Of a DNA stretch of 64,000 bases, positions 51,424 to 64,000 are shown one piece after another. Positions within the stretch are counted from its first letter, which is position 1. Each line of letters begins with the position of its first letter. The notes beneath the pieces were generated by a model. It did no database searches. It had not been told where the DNA came from and saw nothing but the letters and a program-made list of their open reading frames with translations. A program made the translations under genes and the position numbers. Where the stretch lies: contig NC_043002.1 in the NCBI RefSeq assembly GCF_006345805.1, positions 61,628,001 through 61,692,000 of the forward strand. Direction: 5' to 3'. The stretch is from Octopus sinensis (taxonomy: Eukaryota).

Positions 51424-52089
51424 GCCAATATATATAGCAACTTGTTTCAAATTTTTCATATTCCCATGCATTTCCGTTGAATATACGCTACATCAAAAAT
51501 ACAGTAGTATCGTACCTAATGCATATCTTAATCCGTCAACCATAAACTTGAAAGCAACGCCAACATCTGCGTTATATGTTTCCTTCTTATAAATAGTTGA
51601 CAGAAATGCTGCAAAGTATTTATCCCATAGGCATTGATGAAATATTGATGAATCACTTGTGTTGTGTTATAGATTTGTTGTAACATCTTTTCCTTGCTTT
51701 CACCCACGGCAACTGTGGTTGAGCAGACGTACGATCAAACTGGTAATAGTCGTGACCCTGCAATTTCATCCTGCATTTGTAGTGGTTTGTCAAGTTCATA
51801 TGCAAGACGTTGCGATATTAATTACGAGTGACCAACCTACTATTTTCTACAATTGAATCTATGACTTAGAGATTTGCTGTTGGATCGACATTAAATATTT
51901 AAATATCAGTAATAGTTAAAGTGCAGAGGAAAGGTTTGAATCTTTATTGCTGTTTTTTTTTCAAGATTTTCTTAATTCCGCTGCTGAGGAATTTACCTAA
52001 GTATACCATACGCCATAGAGTTATGAATGAACAATAGAGAAAACATTCCTTTTGATAATAAATTGGCCAATCGTCATGTTGTTCTTTTA

Positions 52090-52289
52090 TTCTATTACTT
52101 GTTTCTGTCATTTGACTGCAGCCATGCTGGAGCAGCGCTTTTAGTCGAGCAAATCTACCCATGACTTATTCTTTGTAAGCATAGTAATTATTCTATCGAT
52201 CTCTTACGGGGACGTAAACACACCAGCATCTATTATCAAGCGATGCTGGGGAGACAAGCATACGCACACAAACACAAACACCAACAGAT

Positions 52290-52332
<43 letters not shown>

Positions 52333-52500
52333 CGACGGACTTCTCTCAGTTTCCGTCTACCAGATCCACTCACAAGGACTTGGTCGGCCCGAGGCTATAG
52401 TAGAAGCCACTTGCCCAAGATATCATGCAGTGGGAGTGAACCCGGAACCATGTGGTTCGTAAGCAAGCTACTTACCACAGAGACACTCCTGCGCCTATGT
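52090..52500 (-). mobile_element. SINE family A, full length
   Basis: Colinear with 24940-25330. Confidence 0.9.
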
Positions 52501-53894
52501 TAACGGGAAAAAATTCTGAAAACTTCTGAAATTCAAGTTTCAAACGAAATTGAATTTAATAGAATATAGATATCTTATGATATATTTCATTATATTAAGC
52601 TCAAATTTGTTTTATTTAAGAAGTTCATAAATAACAAAATAATATTGCCCTCTGGTTAGATGTTTCTTTCCACTTTAATAGAAATCAATAATTAATGAAC
52701 CAACCAAAACATTATAATTCTGCGTCAGCAAAATGAATAAAAATATTTCAGGCAATGAAATTGATTTTGTGCTACCGAAAGAAATAGTGCACCGCTGTTT
52801 TGCGCTAAGCACTTCATTGAAGATAGTCCCGATATTCTGTCCAAAACCTAAGATGCTTCTTGTCCACAGCACAACACTGCTCGAACTTACAATTTATCAA
52901 ATCAAAAGTTGACTCTTTGTCGTGCCTCTTCCTACGGGAACGGCTAAATTTGACTCAAGTATACCCTAACATGTCAATAAGAGATCGATACAATCTACTG
53001 AACATTTAATTTTTAAACCGTGTCTCAAGACGGCTGTAAGAATTCGCCAGAACTTTTCTCTATTTCCACTAACCTGAGTACAAAAACAGACGATAGAAAT
53101 GTATTTTCGTGAAACCTGAGAACTTGCTTCCTGTGACAAGAGAGTGGCAGTATTGCAGTGTTAATTTTTTTTTGCCTCATCTTCTTTCTCTTCTATATTA
53201 TGCAACATTCACTTGCTCTCCTTATTTTCATCTCATTCGAATCACATTTTATTGTCACACATTAGATAATGGTATACAATATTATTATGTGATACTATAT
53301 CTCAAATTTTATCAGAAAGGAAATGAAATTTCTTACATTAGCATTTTTCTCAACGATTAAATAGCACTCTGCCATATATATATTTTCAACAACCAGATGT
53401 TGGTAAAGTGGTATCAATGGATGTTTGAGTCTTACATTCTCTTCGCAATCAGTTTATTTAAATTTCGGTTGATTTCTACGTCGTCTTCAACACATTTCTT
53501 ATTTTCTGTTACGGATGTGTCTCAAATCCAGGCGTTCTAATTGAAATACAACACATGCATACCGTGCTGGATGTGCGAGATCAAAGTGTAGTACCTGTTT
53601 TTATAGGCTTGGTATCTGATATGGCCCCATTTGGGGCTATCAATATTGGACTGATTTTTTGAATGTTGCAAAGAGCTTCCGCCAGTTTTGTTAAACTCAT
53701 CAGCATAGCCATTGCAATGTAGTAAATAAGGTGGCTTTGCGATTACGTGATTTCAAATTCGATTCTGCAACATAGCACACCTAGGAAGAACTTTCTGCTA
53801 CAACCTCGGACCTTCGAATGCTTTGTAAATGAATTTGATAGTGGAAGACCGTGTGAAGCCAGCCGAGTATATAATATATACTGTATGTATATAT

Positions 53895-54007
<113 letters not shown>

Positions 54008-54779
54008 ACAGATAGATATTGAGGTACACGGCATTTCCCGGGAAAGCGGGTTTTATACTCTGGATCCGTTCTCATAATTGTTTCGCTAGTCCAATAGCAA
54101 TACAAAGTATGTAGCCTTGAAAACGTTTTTTGTGCATTTACATAAAAAAACGAACTGCCTTACACAGGATATGGTTGTTAGGAATTCCAAATAGCTTGTG
54201 AATACCTAAATTGTGAAGTCAGTTATGTAATAATATGAAATTAGTTACCCGATAGTAAAAATTCAAATAAAGTGGCCCTCAAAAGGACTTTTATGCGTTC
54301 CCAGAACGTATAGAACATAGGTGGAATTCCTAATAACATATGTATACTAGATTCGTGAGGTTCATCAGTTATGAGATAATAACAATTCAAAAGAAATAAC
54401 TCTGAAAAGCGCTTTTGTGCGTTCCCAGAGAATATTACCCTCAGCGGCGCTAGTGTTGGTATATTCTTGAGTAAGTCACTAACCGAAATAAGTCAATATA
54501 TTGTTTAGAAAAATGCCATTTAATTGTTTAAGTGTTGTACTAGATAAACTGCGAAAATAACCCTAGCAGTTCAAATAATAAGAAATAAGCATACTCAGTT
54601 TCCTTTTTGCCAAATAATTTGGGAAAATGCATGAGAAAACATGTACATTTTAACACTTGCAATCAGTTAAGATCAGAATCCAAGAGAGCTACTGCTGGAA
54701 CTGCATTAGAGCTATTCATATTATTATTTCATATACCAATTACAGATTAGAAAATTCAGAACCAGTTTTTTATTATTAT

Positions 54780-55110
54780 TGTGTGAGAGAGCAGCCCATG
54801 CCATCAAAGTGACACTGAGGTATAATTATACGAAGCCCAATAAACAGCGCATGACCTTGTAGGTGGGGCCCAATTAGAATTTTCCTCAGGTCGAGTAGGC
54901 CATCCTGATCAAAAGGTCCCTGTATTAGGTTTCTTTAAGGATGTTGAACAAAACACCCATCTTTCCAGAGGTGAATTATTCAAACCCGTAAAGAATTCAT
55001 CTCAATGCATAGCAATGATGCTACCCCACTACCTCTGCTCGTGATCAGAGATGCACAAATCGTAAGCCAATTATAAACATGCTCAACTTGTTAAGGTCAA
55101 ACAACTGACA
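54780..55110 (-). mobile_element. Unclassified interspersed repeat fragment (probable retroposon)
   Basis: GC-richer block ending in an (ATT)n-like tail on the plus strand, and containing acaactgacaagcaaatctgtggtattgagcagaat. Family not identified. Confidence 0.35.
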
Positions 55111-57699
55111 AGCAAATCTGTGGTATTGAGCAGAATAAGGCACAATAATATACACGATAGCAAAATAGAGCGTTCAATCCTCCTCTTTTCATCGAGGAGT
55201 TCGTGTTCCATTAGTTAGGCAGTCCATTTGCTGTCAATATCTGCTGAGTGAAGGACTGGGCTTGCCGTAGCTAGTGATGCCCAGGCGTAGGCAGCAGCGT
55301 TTTCCTGACGGTGAACAGGTGCGGTCGCCGTTTGTAGGATTCGATCTTCAAAAGCTAGTCGTTGACGGTTGGTTATTATCTTCGTTATTTTTGACGTTTA
55401 TCTGTAGCTTCCTGCTTTCCTGCTTTCTAGGCCAGTGATGAGATACATTACTTTTCTGAAGTTTTATTCTGTCTGAAAGTTTTATAACTCTAAGCGTTTT
55501 ATATTCATCTCATTTCACGAATGCAACAGAGTTTGGGCACTTATTGTTGTATAAGAACCTTTACTATAAAAACTAGATATTTCACTTCTCTCTTGGGAAG
55601 CGCAATAAATTCAAACATGACACATCTGGCAATGAACTGTTAAGGTAAATGTTCCTTAGATGTATTCATCTAAAACTGCCTTTGTCTACGGCGAACTAAC
55701 TCTGATTTGAAATTTTCAATACTGTCTTTTTGCTTCTGCTTAACAATGTAGTTTCTGCAAATCTTACACATTTTTCCAGATGAAACTCTTAATTAAATAT
55801 GCAAAGTGTTTTAGAAATTCATTTAACATTTACAAAAAAATTTTTTTTCTGTGATTCTGTATATTATAAACGCATCTTCCTTCCTTCCTTCCTTCCTTTC
55901 TTTCTTTCTTTCTTTCTTGTTGGAGATGATTGAAGGCAAAATATCTGCTGCGTGGCGGAAAAGAGTACAGGATGTTGGCAATCTACTTCATCTGCTATCT
56001 TCTCCATTAGCTTCAACAATTAATGTTATTAATATATGTGCCTCTCGGTATGCCTGTGCTTCTCTTGGTATACCTATATGCCTCTCAAGCACACACACAC
56101 TAATCCGTTAATGTTCGTGAACGACTCGGCTAAAAATCATATCCAACACACACAGTGCGTTGTCTCATCCAACTTCTCGTTAACATTTCCTGTCAAATAG
56201 ACCAGTCAATTATATGCTTATCATAAATCAATTTTATAATTAACCAAAAGGTGAGTATATTTTCCATAACTGTATAATTAATTGAAATTTCAACATCCAT
56301 GTATATATGATATATCCAGTTCGTTTGAAATTTTAGCTTTCCTTATATAATATTTCACAACGCAAATGTACCTGAGTCATATACCATTATAAACAGGCCT
56401 TGTTTGCCTCTGTTGTCTGTCTCTTCCTTTGTCTGAATATTATCATATAAAATATAATACAGTCTCGCTATTATTACTATAATTTTTACACGTCAAGATG
56501 TATAACTTCCTACACGGTAATTGCGGAAAAGGAGTTACAACAGCTTGACAAAGTAACAAAATATTTTGGGCAAATGTCTAATTCTTAAATCGTTTTGAAA
56601 GGTAAAAGAAATTCCATTTTGTAAGCAAGAGTGCAATATTTTGTTGAAAAAACTTTGAATGTTTTAGCCACTTCATTATACAGGATCTTATTTAACGGCT
56701 AGTCTGAGGAATCGACACCGCAGAGATATTGTTGTAACAAAAACCATCGAAAGACAATCATTTGGAACAGTACTATACATTCTCAGCTCAAATTGTTCGA
56801 CGTCATTATATAACATTGTATCAACGCAATACTTAAACATTCAGAAAATCCCTCTTCGCTGCTATACAATGTAAGCAGAGTACATTGAAATTACATAATA
56901 TTCTATTATAAAAGAATGAATATCTGCTTTATGAACAGAAGCATTGTAATTCGAAGATATTATTAACAAAATGTCATAGCATATGCTCCACGACAATATG
57001 TTTTATATCCAGGTAATTCAAACGCAAATACAAAAGGGCAGAAAATTTATATGGAAAATATAGCATTCTAACGAAACTATAATACGGTGAATAATAGGCA
57101 GGTAATAAGTTACCTGCGAAACGAGTTTCTGAACGAATATCTATTCACTTGATAAATTACACACTGCAATAAAGATTTTGTTACTGAGATGTGTAGAGGT
57201 AATTCTATCTATAATACATCCCGTAGGTTGATTAAAATAGTTTGGTTGGAATTATCTGTAATGTCCGGATTCTAAACGAAAATTATGCATCCTTAGAGTT
57301 ATGTTAATATAATCGCTGACATACTATTCTGGCTAAGAATATCACTTTATAGCTAAGGGGATTCGTGTTCAATCCCACTGTGCGGCACCTTGGGCAAGTG
57401 AGTCACTTTGGACAACTCTGAGCCCATTAAGGATTTGTGAGCGAATTGTTTGACATGAAAACTGTAAGGAGAGCCCACATATACATATATGTCAAGGGTT
57501 GAATAGACAGAACACAACAAGGAAAAAATATACGGATAATTCGCAGCTGAATTTTCCTCGTAGGTCAATGAGCCAAAATATCATCCTGGTTTTGTGCCAT
57601 TATCATTGAGACGACGACTCAATCTTGGAGGCGCCAGTGCTGTTATTAAGCTACTGGGAAAAAGCTAGCGACTGCATACTGAGACAGAAACAAACAAGG

Positions 57700-57925
57700 C
57701 GACGAGCTGGCAGAATCGTTAGCACGCCGGGTGAAATGCTTACAGGTATTTCGCCTGCCATTACGTTCTGAGTTCAAATTCCGCCGAGGTCGACTTTGCC
57801 TTTTATCCTTTCGGGGTCGATAAATTAAGTACCAGTTACGCACTGGGGTCAATGCAATTGACTTAATCCCTTTGTTTGTCCTCTCTGTGTTTTTCCCCTT
57901 GTGGACAATAACGAAATAAGAAACA
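57700..57925 (+). mobile_element. SINE family B, full length
   Basis: Head, core and tail ...gtcctctctgtgtttttccccttgtggacaataacgaaataag. Confidence 0.88.
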
Positions 57926-57954
57926 AACAAGATATAATATAAAGCACGACAAAT

Positions 57955-58395
57955 TATGCCTTTATATCAGTACGAAGACTTCCGGCTATATGTAACGGAC
58001 AAATAATAATTATTATTATGCAAATACCACCAATATAACAAAAAGATCTCTGCAGCAATCGAAGGAATTTAGTGGAGTTGCGCAGCATGAAATGGGTTAA
58101 GTCCAAATGGACGTAGCAAGAGCCCAAACTGGGAGAAAGCAGACGAATGTATACTGTGACAGAAAGAAACAAGACTTTATGAAGATGCAATACACGAATA
58201 CTTATGAATATATAACAGCACGAAAACTTACGGTTATATACAACGGAAGACATATAATAATAATAATACCACAAATACAACAAAATAAGCTTTGCAGCTA
58301 TCGAACAAACTTAGTGGGATTGCGCAGGGGGGATTTGGAGTAAGTCTTAATGGACGTGGGAGGAGCCAATATATACGAGTGACTGGGCAAACGAA
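57955..58395. repeat. Diverged direct duplication of a ~240-bp unit
   Basis: acgaagacttccggctatatgtaacggac..ataccac..tgcagcaatcgaa..ttagtgg..ttgcgcag..aagtc..aatggacgt..gagcc is repeated with substitutions. Confidence 0.7.
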
Positions 58396-58690
58396 AGAAA
58401 GACACTCAACCAATTTATTGGGAGATACATGTATAGATCAAAACTATTTGATTCAAATTCGTTGGTAACTTTGAGTTTCAAGTGTGATGGTAGTTGTCAG
58501 CCATTTTGAATTTGATAAAATTCAAAATGACTGACGACTAACATCATGCTTGAAACTCAAGAGTACCAACGAATTTCACTCAAACGGTTTTGATCCAAAA
58601 GCATGTATGTATGTATGTATGTATGTATGTATGTATATATATAAATATATATATATTATATATATGTGTGTGTGTGTGTATGTATGCATG

Positions 58691-58722
<32 letters not shown>

Positions 58723-58723
58723 C

Positions 58724-58813
<90 letters not shown>

Positions 58814-59974
58814 TATATATATACATAATACACAGGGTGGCGCAGCAGTAGGTATACAGTTGTGGAAAAAGAAAACCCGAACAATACTCATTTATGTCTA
58901 TCAAAAGAATTAAAATTTACAATAAAATTATTATTATCGTTATGATAAAAGTATTATTATGATTAATGACACCGAAAATATCAAAAATGATAACTACTGA
59001 TAACTAATTTAATTTAAATGATTTAAGTATTATAACATCGATGTGATACTTACTGTATACCTGCTTTTGCACCACCACCCCTGTATTTAATATATATATA
59101 TAGAAAGAAAGAAAGAAAGAAAAAGACAAAGAAAAAATAGATAGATAAATAGATAGACAGATAGATAGAGAAACAAATAGATACATAGACAGATAGGCAG
59201 ATAGAAAAATACAAAATACACATACATACATATGCGTTTATCTTTTGCGTGTGTGCGTGCATTGCATTGGAATCTGACTTAGATGTGGCAAATCCTACAA
59301 AACCTTAGCATGGCCTCAGTCAAATGTTTCAGTAAAGTAACAGATAAAGATTTTATTGAGGCTACAATCAGTTGGCATCGGTTGTGTGATTCCTACCTTT
59401 GAATTGGTATACGAACTTAAGTCCAGTCCATGATGGGTGTTTATTACTAGTTTATATTCGGTAACTCTGCTCATTATCCTAAAGGAAAAGGAAGAACGCT
59501 GCAGAGGTTTATGACGCAGTAAGTATGGGCCATAAACCCGCAAATTCAGCAGTATCTTCGTACGCAGAATATTTACAGTTTGTCCTAAGTCGGAACAAAG
59601 TTAAGAAATTCTCTCTTCTATGACCGTTTCTACAAAGCCATTCATGAAGTCCCCGAAATGCTATTAAAACCATATAAATTTCACTGATAAAAGGGATTGT
59701 GTTATTGTTATAAAGAATTCGGATTTGATAGCCAAACTTAGATACCTTTAAAGAATTCAGCTTTAGTAAATCAATAATAATTTGGATTTGTATTAGCCCA
59801 GTATTATGTTACAATTTCTAGATGAATGACACATATGATATTGCACGGATACCCTTTGGGGAGGCTATGAAGGCTGCACTTCTAAACTTTGCAGCTAACT
59901 TAAACAATACAGTTGAATGACCTAAACATAATGACAGTGATACTTTATTTTCAATTATTATAAAGGGAACACGG

Positions 59975-60370
59975 GTGACTAGCTGGCAGAAACGCTAGCA
60001 CGCTGGACAAAGTGTTTGATGACATTCCGTCCGTTTTTTAGTTCTGAGTTTAAATTCTACCAAGGTCGACTTTGCCTTTCATCTTTTCGAGGCCGATAAA
60101 ATAAGTAGCTGCTGTGCACTGAACTTGAGGCAATCACCAAACCCTTCTCCACCCAAATTTCAGGCTTTGTGCCTATAGTAGGAATAAATTCTGAAGGCGA
60201 TGAGATGGTAGACTCGTTATTAGCACGTAGGGCAAAATGCTAGCAGCAGCATTTCGTCTGTCCTTGTGTCCTGAGTTAAAACTCAGCTGATGGGGACTTT
60301 GACTCCTATCGATTTGGTGTCGAGAAAACAAGTATCAATCTAGCACTGTGATCGACGGCATCGGCTAACC
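59975..60370 (+). mobile_element. Two degraded SINE family B copies
   Basis: agctggcagaaacgctagcacg head and core tttgcctttcatcttttcgaggccgataaaataag. Confidence 0.7.
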
Positions 60371-61772
60371 CCCTTCCTCAAAACATCAAAACAAACTAGA
60401 CTGACTAGAATGACTTGTTATTCTATGACTAGAAAACCGGAATGTTTAGATGGACTAGAATGTTTCACTTTTCTGAATTTTAAACCATTACGCAATGGGA
60501 TACACGTCTTTCTTCGTCGAAAAATGGCATTAAACTTATAACAATTTTTCACATATGGGATATCAAGCTCAAACTGACATAGCAAGGCAGTCACTCTCTC
60601 GTGGTTAGAAACCTGCAAACAGCTTCTTTGTCCAAGTCCTGTCGATCTAAATTACCACATACCGGACGTTGATTAGTGTTAGCGTTTACCGGAAGTTAAT
60701 GTACATAGTTTCAGAGGCGTTCCTTTCGACGGCTTTACAAGACACGGGCCACCCTCTCCGATTTGAAAACACGTTTACTACATCAAGTGACTAATATTCG
60801 ATCTTCATTACTTCTAATAATCTCAATATATTTCCGAATCATATGAAAGCGAGATTCCGATTTTGGGAGCATGAAAAGGAACAAGAAAAAAATCACACAC
60901 TGAACTGAGCATGTTGTTGTTTCTTCCTCTCTTGATATTGAATTTGGCACTATATTCTGATATTTATTGATTCGCAAACTGGTATGTTGTATCTCTTAAG
61001 GAACATAAACAGCATAGTAAAGATACATACCATTAAAAATATGATATTCGTTGGAGTCCTAGGTATCGTAAACGCTATTTTCTGGTCTCAGTGTCGTATA
61101 ACCACCCAAATCAGAACATTCAAAAGGCACCAGCGTGTTACAGGGTTCAAAGCTTTAGAAATTGACTGATGGTTATTTTATTGCTACTGAAAGGACAAAA
61201 TGACTTCGGATGGACTTCTAAATCAGAACTTAAACTATCGGAAGACATGCTACTAAAATTTTTAACAATTTTTGTAACCCACCATCTTTAAAATGTGGAA
61301 TAAAATATCTTTATTTAGAGCTGTAATCATTTACCGACTTACTCTTAAAGCAATTAATTACACATTCTCTCGAAACGTATTTTATGTAGAAATGCGTCAA
61401 GCATGATTTTCCACACTTCATTTCATATCGCAAGCGGTGAACAACAGATACAGGTTTATATAAGTCGAACTAATCGAACCTGGTACTTGACAATTTTTCG
61501 TAAAACATGGCACTTGAATAAAGAAAGAGTCAATGCATAAACCATTGAAGAATATCTGAGATTTCGGAGTACCGCTTACAAAATAATCTCATACAATTAA
61601 ATCGACGTACTGATAAATTATCTACCCACGTTACGACGCCGTAGAATCGAAACCGAAAAACATAATTACTGAGAATAGAATGTCATGACCACATACAAAT
61701 ATGCCTGCAAGAAACACATAGCATTATCAGAGAGAGAGGGGGAGAGAGAGAGAGAGCGAGAGAGAGATTGAG

Positions 61773-61842
<70 letters not shown>

Positions 61843-62317
61843 TATGCGAACAGCAGATCTTTTCCCTGATTGGACAGAATATTCTCCGTTATCATCCTGC
61901 GAAAATCAAATCAGCACACACATTTCCTTGTGTAACAGAAGCAATAACTCATCATTGTCTTAGCGTTTTCTTCCCTCCATTTCCTTCCCCCGCCATTTTT
62001 ATTCTCAAGATTCAACACTATTTGTATGAAATCCGAGGCGTTTAGCAAATAATTCATTCAATCATTAAACATCAAATCTATCATTTTGATTTGCTGCGGG
62101 GTTGTGATAACGTTTCTATGTCGGTGTAGAGATTTTTTATCTTTTTTTGAAACGTACATTCAGGATGTATGTGTTTGTGTGAATATGTTTATATTTACTC
62201 ACACATGGACGCACACATACACACACACGCACAAACACACACACACACACACACAAACGTACGCAATCATAAAATATGCATATATGTATATGTATGCATA
62301 TATACGTGCGTATGTAA

Positions 62318-62360
<43 letters not shown>

Positions 62361-62599
62361 TGTATATATATATATATACGCATATAAATGTATGTACACA
62401 CACATATATACATATATATATATATATAAATATATAGGTGTGCGTGTGTGTGTGTATGCATGTACGCATGTATGTGCATTTGGTTGTATAACATGTATTC
62501 TCCTTCTAAATGAAAGTGTTTATTTTTTATACAGTTTTTCCGCATTGGTTCATTTTATTATCTGTCTCTACGTGGGTGTATATACATACTATATATATA

Positions 62600-62707
<108 letters not shown>

Positions 62708-63437
62708 GTGTGTATGCTTGTGTGTATAAATAGGTGCATTTCTGAGTACGCGTGTGGTTGTGTGTATGCGTATAAATGAGCGTGTTTGATTTTTTTGTGC
62801 CAGATTATAGTGTGTACATGTGTTTATAATTCTTGATTTCGTATTTTAAGACACGTTTGAGACCACTAAGACATCTATTTTGTAAAGAAAATCGATTTTT
62901 CAAAGTATTTATTAGCATCATGCCGACATACTTGCTTCTATGCTGTATTCTTTAACGGTTTTAGAGTTGATCGTAAAGAGAATGGAAAATTGGACAGAAA
63001 GAAAAAGAGAATGAAAGAAAGTGAGGAAGAAAATTATGCGAATCAAGAGAAACAAAGAATAAACGAAGGAAAGAAGAGAGGATGGAGAGGAAGGAAATAA
63101 AGAAGAAAATAATGAAATAATAAAATAAAAATGAATGATGTACAGGAAAAAAATGATGTTATGGAAGTTAAAAAGAAAATACAAATATACAAAGAAATGC
63201 AATTGTAACAAAAATCATTTTTAAAATAGATCCATAGAGAAAAAAAGAAATAATTACAAATATAAAAATAAGACTCGCTTCATCTACTGCCGCCATCTTG
63301 CCCCGCCGCACAAAACGTTGAAGTATCAACAAACATGAGATAAAATAACTTCTGCATACGATGAAGAAAATAAAACGAAAAATTCACAACGGCTATATGG
63401 GAAAATGAAAACAGGAAAATAAATCATATAATACAAC

Positions 63438-63484
<47 letters not shown>

Positions 63485-63519
63485 TACGCATGCAACACAC
63501 ACATACATACATACATACA

Positions 63520-63626
<107 letters not shown>

Positions 63627-63647
63627 GATATATATATATATATATAT

Positions 63648-63692
<45 letters not shown>

Positions 63693-64000
63693 ATATTATA
63701 TATATATATGAGGAAGTATATAAAAAATAAACAAAGGTAAAAGCAAAGAATTAATGTTATGGATGATTCAAAGAAATTTTCAAAATATGAACGTCAATCG
63801 AGGTGGCGGGAATATGTTGTAAGAAAATATAGAATGAATAAGAAAAAATAAAGAAAGAGGTAAAGATGAATTAAATTTAAAGGTAGGAATGCAAAGGAGA
63901 AAATAATTAAAAACAAAAAGTAAAAGTAATTTAAAAAAAAAAATTGTAGTTAAGCAACGAAGAACATGCATAAAAAAAGCGAGAGGTTATATGTGAAAGA

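Noticed and set aside
53690-53712. Minus-strand CUGAUGA-GUUU-aaca-AAAC
   Set aside because: No GAAA after the hairpin. The CTGATGA hits at about 18252, 27992, 32505 and 54361 likewise lack the rest of the fold.

Overview
Eukaryotic, very AT-rich and microsatellite-dense DNA. It is most likely octopus (cephalopod) genomic sequence, inferred from the tRNA-derived SINE families and the simple-repeat load; no search was run. Only one intact protein-coding gene is supported: an intronless class A GPCR (4982-5872, minus strand). It has a degraded tandem paralog about 7.7 kb away (13012-13688). The rest is mobile-element debris: a full-length but frameshifted R4/Dong-type LINE inserted in an (AAT)n tract (19125-23098), a Penelope-like element (PLE) with an inverted 3' terminus (about 36.1-37.25 kb), fragments of CR1/L2-type, Tx1/L1-type and a second RLE LINE, at least four SINE families, a mariner MITE and Helentron-like elements. 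The most striking hidden signal is a set of minimal type I hammerhead ribozyme (HHR) folds. Five have the canonical CUGAUGA core and four are variant or degenerate. They belong to several unrelated repeat families and sit repeatedly in tandem or fold-back structures: a 556-bp tandem unit, a 915-bp hairpin with a ribozyme in each arm, a 336-bp TIR-bounded MITE-like element carrying a ribozyme, and further snap-back palindromes. Almost all other ORFs in the supplied track are microsatellite artefacts. No rRNA, true tRNA or CRISPR array was found.
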